Below the pieces are notes generated by a model. It saw nothing but the letters and a program-made list of their open reading frames with translations, searched no databases and was not told the origin of the DNA. Positions 1 to 13,423 of a stretch of 64,000 nt of DNA are shown here, one piece after another. A program made the position numbers and the translations under genes. How positions within the stretch are numbered: position 1 is the stretch's first letter; every line of letters starts with the position of its first letter. The DNA comes from Eledone cirrhosa (Eukaryota): positions 279,930,001 through 279,994,000 of the forward strand of contig OZ024742.1 of the NCBI GenBank assembly GCA_964016885.1. The letters run 5' to 3'.

Positions 1-929
1 TTTATGTGTGAGGTGGAGCCGAAGTTTCAAATTTGAATGAAATCGGTTGAAAAATGTGGGAGCTAATGATAGGTCTCCGTCCTTGAACAAAAATGCAAAG
101 TGTAAAGCTACTATAAGATGTGCAATGATAGGTTCTATCGTAGTATAACAGTTGAACCAAATAAATTGATTTATGTGTGAGGTGGAGCCGAAGTTCGAAT
201 TTGAACGAAATCGGTTGAAAAATGTGAGAGCTAATGATAGGTTCTATCGTAGTATAAAAGTTGAACCAAATAAATTGATTCATGTGTGAGGTGGAGCCGA
301 AGTTTCGAATTTGAACGAAATCGGTTGAAAAATCTGGGAGCTAGAGCCGAAAAGGCGGAAATTTGAGCGAAAAGATGGTATTTTCGAATATTTAAGCGGC
401 TGCCACGCCGTTCTGGAACAAAAAATCCAAAATGAAAAGCCACTTTAAGACGTGAAATAAACAGATCTAGCGTAGTGTAAAATGTGAACAAAGTAGGTTG
501 ATCAATATGTGCGCTAGAGCCGAAAAAGTGGAAATTTGAGTCTAAAAGTGGTATTTCTGAATATGTAAGCGGCTTCCTCGCCGTCCCTGAACAACAAATG
601 AAAGATATAACGCCATTACAGGATGTGGAATGATAAATTCTATTTTGCTTTAAAATATGAACGAAATCGGTGGCAAAATGTGGGAGTTAGAGTCAAAAAT
701 CTTATTTTTCGATACCTAAAAAAAGGTGCCCCCATACAGAATTTTATCTGCAAAATGACGCTGGAATAAAATAAACGATACGCTGATACATAGAAAACAC
801 TCCCCGATAAGTACTCTAAGAGTCTGTAAAGTTTCATGAAAATCGGTCGTAAAATGTAGGCCCCTATAGGTAATACACAGACACACACACACAAACACAC
901 ACATACTTAATTTTATATATATATAGAGA
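1..929 (-). mobile_element. Non-autonomous Helitron/DINE-like element with internal ~110-bp tandem repeats, truncated at the window edge
   Basis: Units 'tgtgtgaggtggagccgaag...gaaatcggttgaaaaat' recur at about 5, 175 and 283. The terminus 'agtttcatgaaaatcgg...(CA)n...ttttatatatatatagaga' resembles Helitron-type non-autonomous ends. Confidence 0.5.
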
Positions 930-950
930 CATATATATACATATATATAT

Positions 951-1440
951 ATTCAGGTTTGAGGTTCACCACTGTATAGAGCTGGTCTATTCCGTATGGT
1001 CAATCGTAATGCAATAATATAGAGAGTACTCAGTTGCCTTTCTTCTTTTAACTGACATTAACCCTGGCTTCTCTTCTTCTTTCTTCCCCCTTCTTCTCTC
1101 TCCTTCCTTTCTTTCATTCTTTTACCTTGTTTCATGAGATTGACGTTAACTTAGGTTCCCATCCCTTTCTGCTTTCGTTTATCTGGCCGGTAGTAGCATA
1201 CTATAAATTTTAGCCACGTCACTCCAGGGCGACCGGCTGAGGTTGAAGGAACAGAATAGCGGTCGCCCTCTGGTCCTCGATTTTCAGCCCCATGGATTTT
1301 ATTTATTACATTCACGTATTATATTTCGAATACCTGATGATATCACCGGATTCATACGGAACCCGGTCATTGAAATGATCATAGTATAATAAACCTTTCA
1401 AGGATTTACACAAATCCAGCCTCCTGTCATTTCAATATAA
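951..1440 (+). mobile_element. Short TA-flanked HHR-bearing element (PLE-derived)
   Basis: Bounded by (TA)n and carries an HHR at 1330. Its head and tail recur fused at 22188-22305. Confidence 0.6.
1330..1387 (+). ncRNA. Type I hammerhead ribozyme
   Basis: AUAC-CUGAUGA-[stem II ACCGG/CCGGU]-GAAA-UGAUCA-UA-GUAU. Stem I is AUAC/GUAU, stem III is the palindrome AUGAUCAU, and the cleavage triplet is AUA. Confidence 0.75.
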
Positions 1441-1441
1441 T

Positions 1442-1513
<72 letters not shown>

Positions 1514-1514
<1 letters not shown>

Positions 1515-2766
1515 TAGCAGAATGGCCCGTCGTTGCTCGGGCTTCTAAACATCGATTGGCATGTTTACCCCTCCTTTCTGAAACAGTACAGAGACGTACG
1601 GAATACCTCGGCCTGGGGGTGGTGTCTACATTTTGTGCTTAGGCAAATAATTTTCCATTAAGATCTTTCAAAAGCTTGTAATTGCGTTCCCTTCTTTCTT
1701 GTTGTTGTTTTTGCTGCTGTTGGTGTTATAGCAGCCGTTGGTCGTACTACTAACACAGTCTCGTCCTTCTTCAGCCAGTCGTGTATATCCTCTTCTGCCT
1801 CGTATAACTAAACAATGATTGTAGCTCCTCCTTGTACACAATGTTCCTTGTTCTTCCGTGTCGGGCATATGCAAGGAAATTGGTATTGCTTCCCACTCTT
1901 GAGCAACCAACGTATAGTTGCCCGTGTGAAAACCAACCTCTTCCAAAAGAAGACCAGCAACAGGGAGGGTCTTACGCTGGGATTTGTTGATAGACATTGC
2001 AAAGCTGACACGGTTCGGCGAACGGTTCGCTGGTTGTCTGTTTCAAGTGCTCTTCTGGTGCAGTACGTTCAGCATCTTGCTACCGTTGAATAGCACATTA
2101 CCCTGACGATTCGTTTGCCCGCCTTGTTCTTTTTCTTGCCGCTTTCGCAGTATTTCGGCCAATGGAGTATCTGTTCCTTCGAGGCATGACCTAAAAGCAG
2201 GACGAAGTACACTAAGACTAACTGTTAGAGTAAGGAGTAAACTCGCCAGTGATGCATGTGATTTCCGAACCGTTGACTATGTAATTGCTGGCCTTGTGTC
2301 AAATGTAGTGGGACTTTTTGGGTGGCATATCGGCAGTAACAATGACGATAAGCCATCTGTGCTTTCGTGAATAAATACGTTTGTTCATATTTTGTTTGTG
2401 TGTATGCAAAAATATCTGTACACGGATATATAATTATATATATATTAAAATAACAGATTAAAGTGCAAGAAATAATCGCTGCTTTCACTCTTAACGGGAT
2501 CTTCTGAAACTAAAAAAATCAATCTGTGAACGCAGAAGTAAAGATTTCGAAAAACATTGCAAAAGAAGGAAATCAGGAAGCCGATACTTGGGTTCGTGAA
2601 GACGTTCCCTGGCAATGAACGGAAAATAGCGCAGAAAATACGTCAGCAATGGGAACAATGTTTTCATAATGTCTTAATGCAGACAGCCAAACATACAGAC
2701 ATAAATTATAAAGGGGCGACGTTATAGCTATGTATCTATCTTAAAGACAGACTAAGAAAGACAGAC

Positions 2767-2823
<57 letters not shown>

Positions 2824-2990
2824 GCTAATCGGTGCGTAACACCAACAGAAAATTGAAAAATAAAAGCTGCAGTTGATAACTTTAGACCGCAAGGAAGATA
2901 TAAATGCAAGTTTGAAGTCAATTGGAGTAGAATTGTGGATTTGCATAGACTTTGCAAACATTAGGATACATACAAACAATTTCAGTGTTA
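1514..2990 (-). mobile_element. Deleted Helitron with Pif1-helicase C-terminal remnant
   Basis: The minus-strand 3' end has hairpin CCCG-AGCAACGA-CGGG followed by CTAG|T. A helicase remnant lies inside, and the 5' end runs into (TA)n. Confidence 0.8.
1826..2005 (-). pseudogene. Helitron RepHel helicase C-terminus (frameshifted)
   Basis: AMSINKSQRKTL...(shift)...FSHGQLYVGCSRVGS...RTRNIVYKE matches Pif1 motifs V/VI of Helitrons. Confidence 0.85.
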
Positions 2991-3154
2991 TATATATATA
3001 TATATATATATATATTAGGTATAGGATTACCCAAGATGTAGTAATGGTTAATTACTACACTGGATATGGTTGACGTACGGTGAGAGGTTAATCTACGAGT
3101 TATGGAAGAATTGTTGAAGAAACTTAGTTCCTGATCCTTCTGTATATAAAGTGT

Positions 3155-3346
3155 ATATAAAGAATGAATAATAACAGGTAGACATTCTGCTCTGAGGTTA
3201 CAGTGGTCACATCATTGGATATTTGAGTTCTGCAAATACATGTAAATTTGCACATAGCATAACTAGGCTGTAGTACCACCGAGGAAACATTTGTAAGCAC
3301 ACGGAATAAATTACCTTTTTATGATGTCTACCTGTTATTATTCATT

Positions 3347-3352
<6 letters not shown>
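3155..3352 (+). mobile_element. Small element with ~32-bp terminal inverted repeat and a degenerate HHR
   Basis: The IR is 'tatataaagaatgaataataacaggtagacat' and its reverse complement at about 3323-3352. The HHR-like motif is UGCU-CUGAGG...GAAA-CAUUUG-UA-AGCA (3188-3299). Confidence 0.45.
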
Positions 3353-3436
<84 letters not shown>

Positions 3437-3474
3437 AGTGTAATTTTCTACACAAAACGAAGGTTATAGAGAAA

Positions 3475-4082
3475 ATTGAGGTTGGTAATGGCACATGGAA
3501 TATATAAGAGACAGAATACTTTTTTGTGAAAAAACATAATTTTATAAGGTAAGGAAATAATAAAGGGTATAAAAAATGACCGGTTTCGATGGGTCTGCAA
3601 AAGCCATCTTTTCAAATGTTGATTAATATTAAGAAAAATTAATAATACGAAGAGTTAAAATTTGAGATTTGAAAATTCAAGTATAAAATTCATTGTGGGA
3701 TTTCACAGCAGTTTTCATCTAGGTAGCAACAACAGGTTGACTGCTGTGTCCCTTTCTGGTAGTGAATGAGAAGTTATTTGGGGTGTGGGTTATTTTATAA
3801 AGGTCAGATTTAGCAATCGCCAACTGGCCAGCTGCTGGTCAGTGAGGGGGTGGAAGCAATATACATACACATATCTTCCTGTGGTGGGTAGGAGAGTGGA
3901 GCGTGATAGAAAGGGATTTAGTGCACTTACACCTATATATACACACATACCTTCATCCACACATACATACATATACATATACATATACATATATATATAT
4001 ATATATATACATATGCACACATACATACACACACACATACATATACATACACACATACACACACACACACATATATACACAT

Positions 4083-4124
<42 letters not shown>

Positions 4125-4192
4125 GCATATATATACATACACATACATCCAGATACACATATACATACACACACACACACACATATATATAT

Positions 4193-4266
<74 letters not shown>

Positions 4267-4412
4267 CCCCACACATACATACACACACACACATATATAT
4301 ACATACACACATACAAACATACACACACACACATATATATACACATACACACACATATATATATATACACACACACACGCACACGCACACACAATACATA
4401 CATCCACATGCA

Positions 4413-4452
<40 letters not shown>

Positions 4453-5010
4453 TACACCCACACACAGAGAAATGGCCTCCAAATATATATATATATATAT
4501 ACATACAGACATATATTTTTTCCATAATATAAGAAGTTGGGACAGTGAAATTAAAATACAAGTCATTCTGATCACATTGAGTTCTTCATGTAGATTGGGC
4601 CCCGCAACCGACAGTGGTAAATTCTGTGTGCGCATATATACATAGATATACAGCTGGCCAGTTGGCGATTGCTAAATCTGACCTTTATAAAATAACCCAC
4701 ACCCCAAATAACTTCTCATTCACTACCAGAAAGGGACACAGCAGTCAACCTGTTGTTGCTACCTAGATGAAAACTGCTATGAAATCCCACAATGAATTTT
4801 ATACTTCAATTTTCAAATCTCAAATTTTAACTCTTCGTATTATTAATTTTTCTTAATATTAATCAACATTTGAAAAGATGGCTTTTGCAGACCCATCGAA
4901 ACCGGTCATTTTTTATACCCTTTATTATTTCCTTACCTTATAAAATTATGTTTTTTCACAAAAAAGTATTCTGTCTCTTATATATTCCATGTGCCATTAC
5001 CAACCTCAAT
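3475..5010. mobile_element. PLE-type insertion with ~360-bp inverted arms (3475-3835 / 4651-5010) and outward-facing HHRs
   Basis: The arms are near-identical reverse complements around a microsatellite-rich spacer. Each arm has an HHR, and the flanks are simple repeats. Confidence 0.8.
4868..4910 (+). ncRNA. Type I HHR, U3-A8 core variant (second copy on minus strand, 3575-3617)
   Basis: UUGAAAA-GAUGG/CCAUC-GAAA-CCGG-UC. Stem III is the palindrome ACCGGU; stem I is weak. Confidence 0.65.
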
Positions 5011-5096
<86 letters not shown>

Positions 5097-5379
5097 GTTC
5101 AAGAGTAACCAATCTTAAAGAGAGAGATGGAGATAGGCGAGGAGAGATTGGTGAATTAGTTAGAAGCCAAAGCGTAAAGGAATGTGCTCAATGTGCCATA
5201 TGCAGTGGAAGGCAGCTAGGTGGCTGGGTTCATGCAGATGTTAGGTGCACAGAGCTGGAAATATTCATTAGTTAAGCAAAACAAGACCACAAATTTCACA
5301 AGGAAGACATTATTAAAAGATTGTCAACATATTTTAGTTTGATGTAAGGATGTAGAGAATAATAATAATAATATTAATA

Positions 5380-5565
5380 ATTGTTTCTACTTTAGGCACA
5401 GGGCCAGCAATTACCCAGTGCATTACTGGTACTTTATTTTATCGACCCCGTAAGGATGAAAGGCAAAGTCAACCTCGGCGGGATTTGAACTTAGATCGTA
5501 AAGGGACGTAACTATGCTGGAAAGCATGACGTCCGACCCTCTACCGATTCTGCCAATCCACCAAA
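5380..5565 (-). mobile_element. tRNA-derived SINE inserted in one PLE arm
   Basis: Reverse complement of the 40196 SINE. It sits in (AAT)n and is absent from the sister arm at about 7670-7700. Confidence 0.85.
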
Positions 5566-5974
5566 TAATAATAATGTCCGTTTACAATTGTTTCGCTACT
5601 CCAGATAATATTTCTGGATCAAATGATTATATATCATTATTGATCTGGTTCAGTTGAAAATAATTAACATAGGTAGAAATAGAGCAGCTCATCCGAACTT
5701 CAAAAGGAATATAAATTAAAATAAGGAAAGAATGTTACATAAATGTAATATACCATATGTTGGTATTTCACTATGGTGTCCTGGGTATATCAATTGTCTG
5801 CCATAGTGGAGCAGTATTCTTCTGTCGATGCTGCATTGTGTGAGATCTGCCTATGGGTAACAAGATGGCCGCCAATGGACCTATTTACCTTACTAATTAG
5901 AGGGTGGTTTCAGAGGAAGTAACTCCTCGAGTTATTAGAAATTGTGGGTAGTTTATAGTTAAGTGCTAATTTTT

Positions 5975-7075
5975 TTATTTTTTTATTGAGAGACATTGTA
6001 AGGGAGGTAACTTATAATTATCTAAGTTAGTAAAAATGGAAGTAAAAATGGGGCTAGATGACTGTGTTGGGTCAAATATTCTGTTGGCGAAGGAATTAGC
6101 CCTTCGAAGTTGACAGCTAATAGTTACCTCCGTTCTATCGTTAATCGGTTGAGGTCGTGATAGAGTTATGTAATATGCTTCGCTAAGACAGAGGTCACAA
6201 GATTTTTTTCGTCCATTGAACGGTGGGGCCCTAGCCAAGATATCCCATGTTAGTGAATGTTCAATGTTGGTTAATTTAAGGTTTTTAATGAACCTAGCTA
6301 GAGATGTCGAACATCTGTTGTTAAGTTCCCGGAAGGAAAAAGAGTGAGCGTTATAGCATACTATAAAAGGGTTAGAGGTAAACGCGATACATGAGCTGGT
6401 CTGCGAAGCAGTTTTAACCGTGCACCTATAGACTATGTTGAGTGTCAGGCAATGTGCATTTAGTGGGCATGCATTAGGGTAACGGCAGTTATTTCTGCGG
6501 TTAGTGAGAGTAGGGTTGTTTAACCTAAGTGGTTGGTCAGTGCTAGACGGATTATATGTTGGAGGTGTGCTACTAGAGTAAGTATTGGTGTAGTGGCGTG
6601 GTGTATTTGATGGGGGGGGGGGGTAACGCGGTGTGGGAATTATACTGTCTTAGTTTATGATGGTTACTGAATGCGATGTGGCTAGCTAGGTTAGGTGTTG
6701 TGGAGAAAGAGATTTTAATGTTATTTTTATTAAAGAGTTTGTAATATATATGTTTGGGTGGGAAATGTTTAGATAGGATAGAGAAGAAGCGTTTAGGGAT
6801 ATTAGTGGCTAGATTAGATGAGAATGGGTGGTTAAGCCAGGTGATATTTCTAGGCCTATTCCTTCTAGGGGTTCTAGTGGAGTTGGTAGGGGCCTTCATA
6901 GGGTTATTATTAGCTGGACATTTGATATTTGTCATACCATTGCTCATTCCTATTCTAAGGTTCCCTGTATAAGTGCTGTTACTGCTAAAATTTCGGCGAA
7001 TCTGGCTATATGCTAAGGTATTTCTAGTTCAAGTGTTAAGTTTATTATGGTTGTGGTGAATTGCTGTGTTATGGC
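5975..7075 (-). pseudogene. PLE linker + GIY-YIG endonuclease remnant
   Basis: RNITWLNHPFSSNLATNIPKRFFSILSKHFPPKHIYYKLFNKNNIKISFSTTPNL; NNCRYPNACPLNAHCLTLNIVYRCTV; CDLCLSEAYYI...INDRTEVTISC. Frameshifts and stops are present. Confidence 0.88.
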
Positions 7076-7546
7076 ATACCTGATTAACGATAGAACGGAG
7101 GTAACTATTAGCTGTCAACATCGAAGGGCTAACTCCTTCGCCAACAGAATATTTGACCCAACATAGTCATCTAGCCTCATTTTTACTTGTAGCTAATAAG
7201 TTAAATAGCTATAACTAACTTAGATAATTATAAGTTACCTCCCTTACATTGTCTCTCAATTAAAAAAATAAAAAATTAGCACTTACCTATAAACTACCCA
7301 CAATTTCTAATCTCTCGAGGAGTTCCTTCCTCTGAAACCACCCTCTAATTAGTAGGGTAAATAGGTCCATTGGCCGTCATCTTGTTACCCATAGGCAGAT
7401 CTCACACAATGCAGCCTCGACAGAAGAATACTGCTCCACTATGGCAGACAATTGATATACCCAGGACACCATAATGAAATACCAACATATGGTATATTAC
7501 ATTTATGTAACATTCTTTCCTTATTTTAATTTATATTCCTTTTGAA

Positions 7547-7665
7547 GTTCGGATGAGCTGCTCTATTTCTACCTATGTTAATTATTTTCAACTGACCCAG
7601 ATCAATAACGATATATAATCATTTGATCCAGAAATATTATATGGAGTAGCGAAACAATTGTAAAC
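7547..7665 (+). ncRNA. Degenerate type I HHR with long stem II (second copy on minus strand, 5579-5698)
   Basis: GUU-CGGAUGA-GCUGCUCUAU...AUGGAGUAGC-GAAA-CAAUUG-UA-AAC. Both arms carry a U4G core change. Confidence 0.65.
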
Positions 7666-7789
7666 GGACATTATTATTATTAACATTATTATTATTATTC
7701 TCTACATCCTTACATCAAACTAAAATATGTTGTCAATCTTTTAATAATGTCTTCCTTGTGAAATGTGTAGTCTTGTTTTGCTTAACTAA

Positions 7790-7841
<52 letters not shown>

Positions 7842-7845
<4 letters not shown>

Positions 7846-8235
7846 ATTCCGCACGAGGTGAACTAGCCTGCTTTTAAATTCCCTTTTTGGCATATTCTGG
7901 CAGTGGCTTAGGGTTATCGTGTGTGAGCTCTACTGATGAACGATTCCAACCGTGACCATCCCCATTGAAAAGTTTCGTGAAATAGTGTGTTTAAGACAAT
8001 ATAGAGCATTTGTAGTTTTTCAAAATTGAAGGATGTGTATTTAAGCTTTACTTGATTCTGAGTTAAGACTATTGTTTTTTCCCTGGATTTCACAGAATAT
8101 GTGGATAAAATCTCTGTCTTGATTTCTTTTTAAATTAATTTTGAAATATTTTCCCATATCTTACATTAATTATTTTCCATTTCAACGTTATAGTAACTTA
8201 TATATTATGAAATACTGTTGGGTTTTGCTCACAAT
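7842..8235. repeat. Diverged repeat, inverted relative to 11610-12030
   Basis: 'ctagcctgcttttaaattcccttttt' matches the reverse complement 'aaaagggaatttaaaagcaggctag'. The two are colinear over about 400 bp with many substitutions. Confidence 0.7.
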
Positions 8236-8264
8236 AATTTCTATATTTTCATTCATATATATAT

Positions 8265-8301
<37 letters not shown>

Positions 8302-8851
8302 AGGATTAGAATACTGGAGCGTATTTGAGTCAAACACCCTCTTCGTATTATAGAAATGACAGTAAAAGGTATAGCTCAATGCAGTTAAACAGAGCCAAAA
8401 AATTAAGAGAGTAAAACAAAGAATCCTTTAATACATCAAAAGTTTTTATTAGCCGACAATGTTTCGTCCTATTAAGGACTCATCAGGGCAATCAAAACAA
8501 CAAGAGGTAATATCGGCAGATACAAGCCAGAAACTCTGAAGAATATGGAGTGTACATACACTAATGTCTTACAAAAATAAATGATAATAAAAAAAATAAA
8601 AAAATAAAAATGAAAATAAAGATAAAAATAATAAAAATATATAATAAGAATAACTAAGGATGTAGATAACATTAAGAACCATATTACAAATATAGTCCAA
8701 AGCAACCAACCTAAATCTAAACAAATTTGGTTATATAGAGCAGGAATTATATATAACACAATATAATACATTATAATAATAATATACTTTTACCAACATT
8801 AAAATTCCAAATTTAAAAATCAAAAGGTACAATATATACATGTATATATGT

Positions 8852-8906
<55 letters not shown>

Positions 8907-9233
8907 ACAACCCACACATCTATGTTCGACTACACAAAAATTAAGCCCTATTAGAAGTTTGAATATTAAAAATAAGCATGGTAAGAGTGAAAATAATACT
9001 AATACATCTACCCAATATACATGAGGCAATAATATGATATAATTACAAGAAACACATATAACAAATAATAAACAACAAAATTATATAATTCAATACAATA
9101 TAATAAAATAGATAATCCCTGGTTAATTTACAGAAACAATATAGATGTCACAATAAAATACAATGATAAAACGTTAACAGTGTATTAACATGTATCATAA
9201 ACAATATATACAAATTGATTCATACTGGGTTAC

Positions 9234-9590
9234 AGAACGTATATAGGATCTACTTCAAACACTTTTAAGACTAGGTTTAACTCTCATATCTCTAACTTCA
9301 AACATGTTAGGTTTAAGAATTCTACCTCTTTAGCGCATTATATCTGGGATCTTAAGGGAGCTTATATACCATATAGCCTTAACTGGAGTTTAGTAGCACG
9401 ATCTAACCACCTTTCTGCACATAGTAAGTTTTGTAATCTCTGTATACTTGAGACACACTCTATTATTTTCTCTAGCGTACCCTTACTGAATAGAAAGTCT
9501 GAGATATTCTCTTCTTGCCCCCATGCCATTTCTAATTCTTATTTTTATTATAAACCCAAATGTTCTAGTAATACAAATTGTACCCATTAG
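9234..9590 (+). pseudogene. GIY-YIG endonuclease C-terminal 118 aa (stop-free, start truncated; missed by the ORF track)
   Basis: RTYIGSTSNTFKTRFNSHISNFKHVRFKNSTSLAHYIWDLKG...FCNLCILETHSIIFSSVPLLNRKSEIFSSCPH...*. Confidence 0.9.
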
Positions 9591-11503
9591 CAGATATATT
9601 CCATTACTTAGTTTTTTGTTTGGGTTCTTTTGTTTGCCAACATTAATGTTATCATTGGTTTTTGATGACTCTTCATTCTAGCTCTCATAATCATTTGGCT
9701 ACTCTACCATACCCATGTCTTCACTATTACACCTTGTTAGTATACATAAGATTACACACTTTACGCCACTTACGTTATTCTATTATCTTGATTTCTTTAT
9801 TATTATTAACTTTAATTTTAATTTTAATTTTATTTTTAATTCTCTTTTTATTTCTAAGCCTATTCTGATTTATCTATCGACAACCCCCCCCCCCCCCCCA
9901 TGCGCACATAAACTTATTGTCAACCCCTCCAGATTGAATATGATTATATTTAACCCCCCCTCTTTTATACTCCGTTCTATTATTTATTATAGTATATCGA
10001 ATATATTTTATGCCACTTTGCACCCTCCATATATTTCGTCAATTATGTCCCCATTAGCCTACCTAAATTCTACTTAAGTCAGTTTTTTAGATATCGTTGC
10101 GTATATGATAGTATAATTTTATTCCTTTTTGTAAACATTTGTAACGATACATTAAAGTTTATATACTTTAATGACTTAAACTACAGCTAATATTATACTA
10201 CCTTATTGGACGGGTTCGATATTTTTAATATTAATTTATCAAATAGGGTTTGGAGTCAATTAAAATGATTGCTTTCCTTAGTGTTTACCTAATTTCTTAA
10301 ATGCACGCGAGGCCCAAATGTGTATACATTTGCTTTTGTTTTGTAATTTCCGGTTGATTGTATTTATTTGTTTTATTCTATATTCTATTTACTATTCACT
10401 GTCTGGCTTCGCTCACTCATCCACATATGTCTGTCTACTAACCTTGTAATTATAAGTATTTATATATTTTATGCCAATTTTATAATATATTATATTATAT
10501 TATATGTAATATTGATCCTTATTACTTATTGTACATTATATGTAACATTATGATATTTAAACTTTATATATCATGTAAGATGTCTGGATTTTTGTAATAT
10601 TGTAATATGTAACATTATGATACTTAGACTTTACATATCATGTTAGATGTCTGTATATATTTTTTTCTGTAACATCATATTTTTTCTGTAATATCATAAT
10701 TTTTCCCTGTACCATTATAGTTTTTTTGAGTATTATATTATATAATTTATATTTCCTCATTTATTCTGTAACCCAGTATGAATCAATTTGTATATATTAT
10801 TTATGATACATGTTAATACACTGTTAACGTTTTATCATTGTATTTTATTGTGACATCTATATTGTTTCTGTAAATTAACCGGGGATTATCTATTTTATTA
10901 TATTATATTGAATTATATAATTTTGTTGTTTATTATTTGTTATATGTGTTTCTTGTAAATATATCATATTATTGCCTCATGTATATTGGGTAGATGTATT
11001 AGTATTATTTTCACTCTTACCATGCTTATTTTTAATATTCAAACTTCTAATAGGGCTTAATTTTTGTGTAGTCGAACATAGATGTGTGGGTTGTTATGTG
11101 TGTGTGTGTTTGTGTGTGTGTGTGTGCGTGTGTCTGTGCGCACATATATACATGTATATATTGTATCTTTTGATTTTTAAATTTGGAATTTTAATGTTGG
11201 TAAAAGTATATTATTATTATAATGTATTATATTGTGTTATATATAATTCCTGCTCTATATAACCAAATTTGTTTAGATTTAGGTTGGTTGCTTTGGACTA
11301 TATTTGTAATATGGTTCTTAATGTTATCTACATCCTTAGTTATTCTTATTATATATTTTTATTATTTTTATCTTTATTTTCATTTTTATTTTTTTATTTT
11401 TTTTATTATCATATATTTTTGTAAGACATTAGTGTATGTACACTCCATATTCTTCAGAGTTTCTGGCTTGTATCTGCCGATATTACCTCTTGTTGTTTTG
11501 ATT

Positions 11504-11541
11504 GCCCTGATGAGTCCTTAATAGGACGAAACATTGTCGGC
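11504..11541 (+). ncRNA. Canonical minimal type I HHR (second copy on minus strand, 8452-8489)
   Basis: GCC-CUGAUGA-GUCCU(UAAU)AGGAC-GAAA-CAUUG-UC-GGC, with GUC cleavage triplet. Confidence 0.9.
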
Positions 11542-12077
11542 TAATAAAAACTTTTGATGTATTAAAGGATTCTTTGTTTTACTCTCTTAATATATATATA
11601 TATATAAATAAAAAGTATAGAAATTATTGTAGCAAGAAGCCAACAGTATTCCATAATATATAAGTGACTATAGCGTCAAAATGGGAAAATAGTTAACGTA
11701 AGATGTGGGAAAAATAATTCAAACTCAATTCAAAAAGAATCAGGGTATAGATTTATCCAACAGAATTTAGTGAAATCCAGGGAAAAATGAATAGAGCCTT
11801 AACTCATGATAAAATAAAGTCTAAAATACTCATCCTTCAATTTGGAACAACTACAAATGCTATGTATAGTCTTGAAAAGTCTATTTACGAAAACTTTACA
11901 TGGGGATGGTCCTGGTTGGAATTCGATCCTCGGCAGAGCTCAACATGATAACCAAAATCTCACTGATTAATATGCCAAAAAGGGAATTTAAAAGCAGGCT
12001 AGTTTAACATCATGCGTGATTATGAAAATAAAACGCACATGTGGAAAAACAGCGCTGGTGACGTCAGAATGAGACAA

Positions 12078-12131
<54 letters not shown>

Positions 12132-12910
12132 GATGTTCAAACGCCCAGAAATATGTAGGCTGTGGTTAATCCGTGGCTACTCAGAGGGTGAGGGGTTCCA
12201 ATGTACCGTATAGATATCCAGATTAGAAAAGCAGGCTTTCCGTGCAAGCATGGACAAGTAGTTCATCTTGTCATATATTGGGCTATATATAAATATACAT
12301 TACTAGAAATCCAGCTTGTGGTAGAACTGGTACTAATTTGTGTAATTATTCAAATTTTTATGTTTTTCATGGCTAATCTGATTAACGATTAGCGTATTAA
12401 TTTTTGTGTATGACCATAATTAATTTGTGGGATATATCAATATCTTCATGTTTTCAATGTAATATTTAATGATGGTTAGTCTTCTGATCATGTTAATCTT
12501 TTGTTTATTACCCTATGAATTTTGCGAAATTTTACCACCTAACTCCGATTCCAAACTTGAAATATTCTGCAACTATTTAACCAGAATTAGCATTGAGTAA
12601 GCCGGTGTGTGGCACGATGTTCCTTACCAAGCATGCATAAAGCACCTCCTGGTATTGTGTTGTCGTCAGTTCTCTCTCTCTCACACACACAGGCACACGC
12701 ACACAAACGCGCACACACACTCAAACACACACACACACGCACACACACATAATAATAATATGCTCACCTGCGTGAACATGCAGTAACTTCATGTTACACT
12801 CCCTGGTTATATATGTATATATTAATAGTAATAATAAATTTGAAGACTAAAATCCAAAGATCCCGTTAAGGGTGAAAGCAGCGATTCTTTGCTTAAACTT
12901 TAATCTGTTA

Positions 12911-13042
<132 letters not shown>

Positions 13043-13315
13043 GTTAAAGAAATGACAGTACATTCACAAGGATGAAAGGAAACACGTCTTAATAGTATCT
13101 CGCAGAGGAGACTGTAAATCTCATATATAGAAAAATAGCACATAAAACGCACAAATAAGTAGCTCACTATGAATGTACGTCAAAGCTTACAAACGTACAT
13201 TCTAACACACATACATCAACAAATATCTAGGCATTTACGCGCGCACACACAATCACACACACATACACACGCACAACACACACACACACACAAATATATA
13301 TATATATGTGTGTGT

Positions 13316-13370
<55 letters not shown>

Positions 13371-13387
13371 CGTGCGTGCGTGTGTGT

Positions 13388-13423
<36 letters not shown>

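Larger units (their letters stand above)
5261..7796 (-). mobile_element. Penelope-like retroelement, 5'-truncated, with inverted partial copy (7082-7796 = reverse complement of 5261-6146)
   Basis: Contains degraded linker and GIY-YIG coding sequence, near-identical inverted arms, an HHR-like motif in each arm, and a (TA)n flank on the right. Confidence 0.9.
8401..11590 (+). mobile_element. Penelope-like retroelement: 5'-inverted 3'-end copy (8401-9237), GIY-YIG C-terminus, ~2-kb 3' UTR with HHR
   Basis: Near-identical ~830-bp inverted arms (8401-9237 / 10764-11590), an open endonuclease frame, and a canonical HHR near both outer ends. Confidence 0.92.

Noticed and set aside
8472-8771. Hydrophobic 99-aa ORF duplicated at 11222-11521
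   Set aside because: It is T-rich PLE 3' UTR. The duplication is due to the inverted arm.
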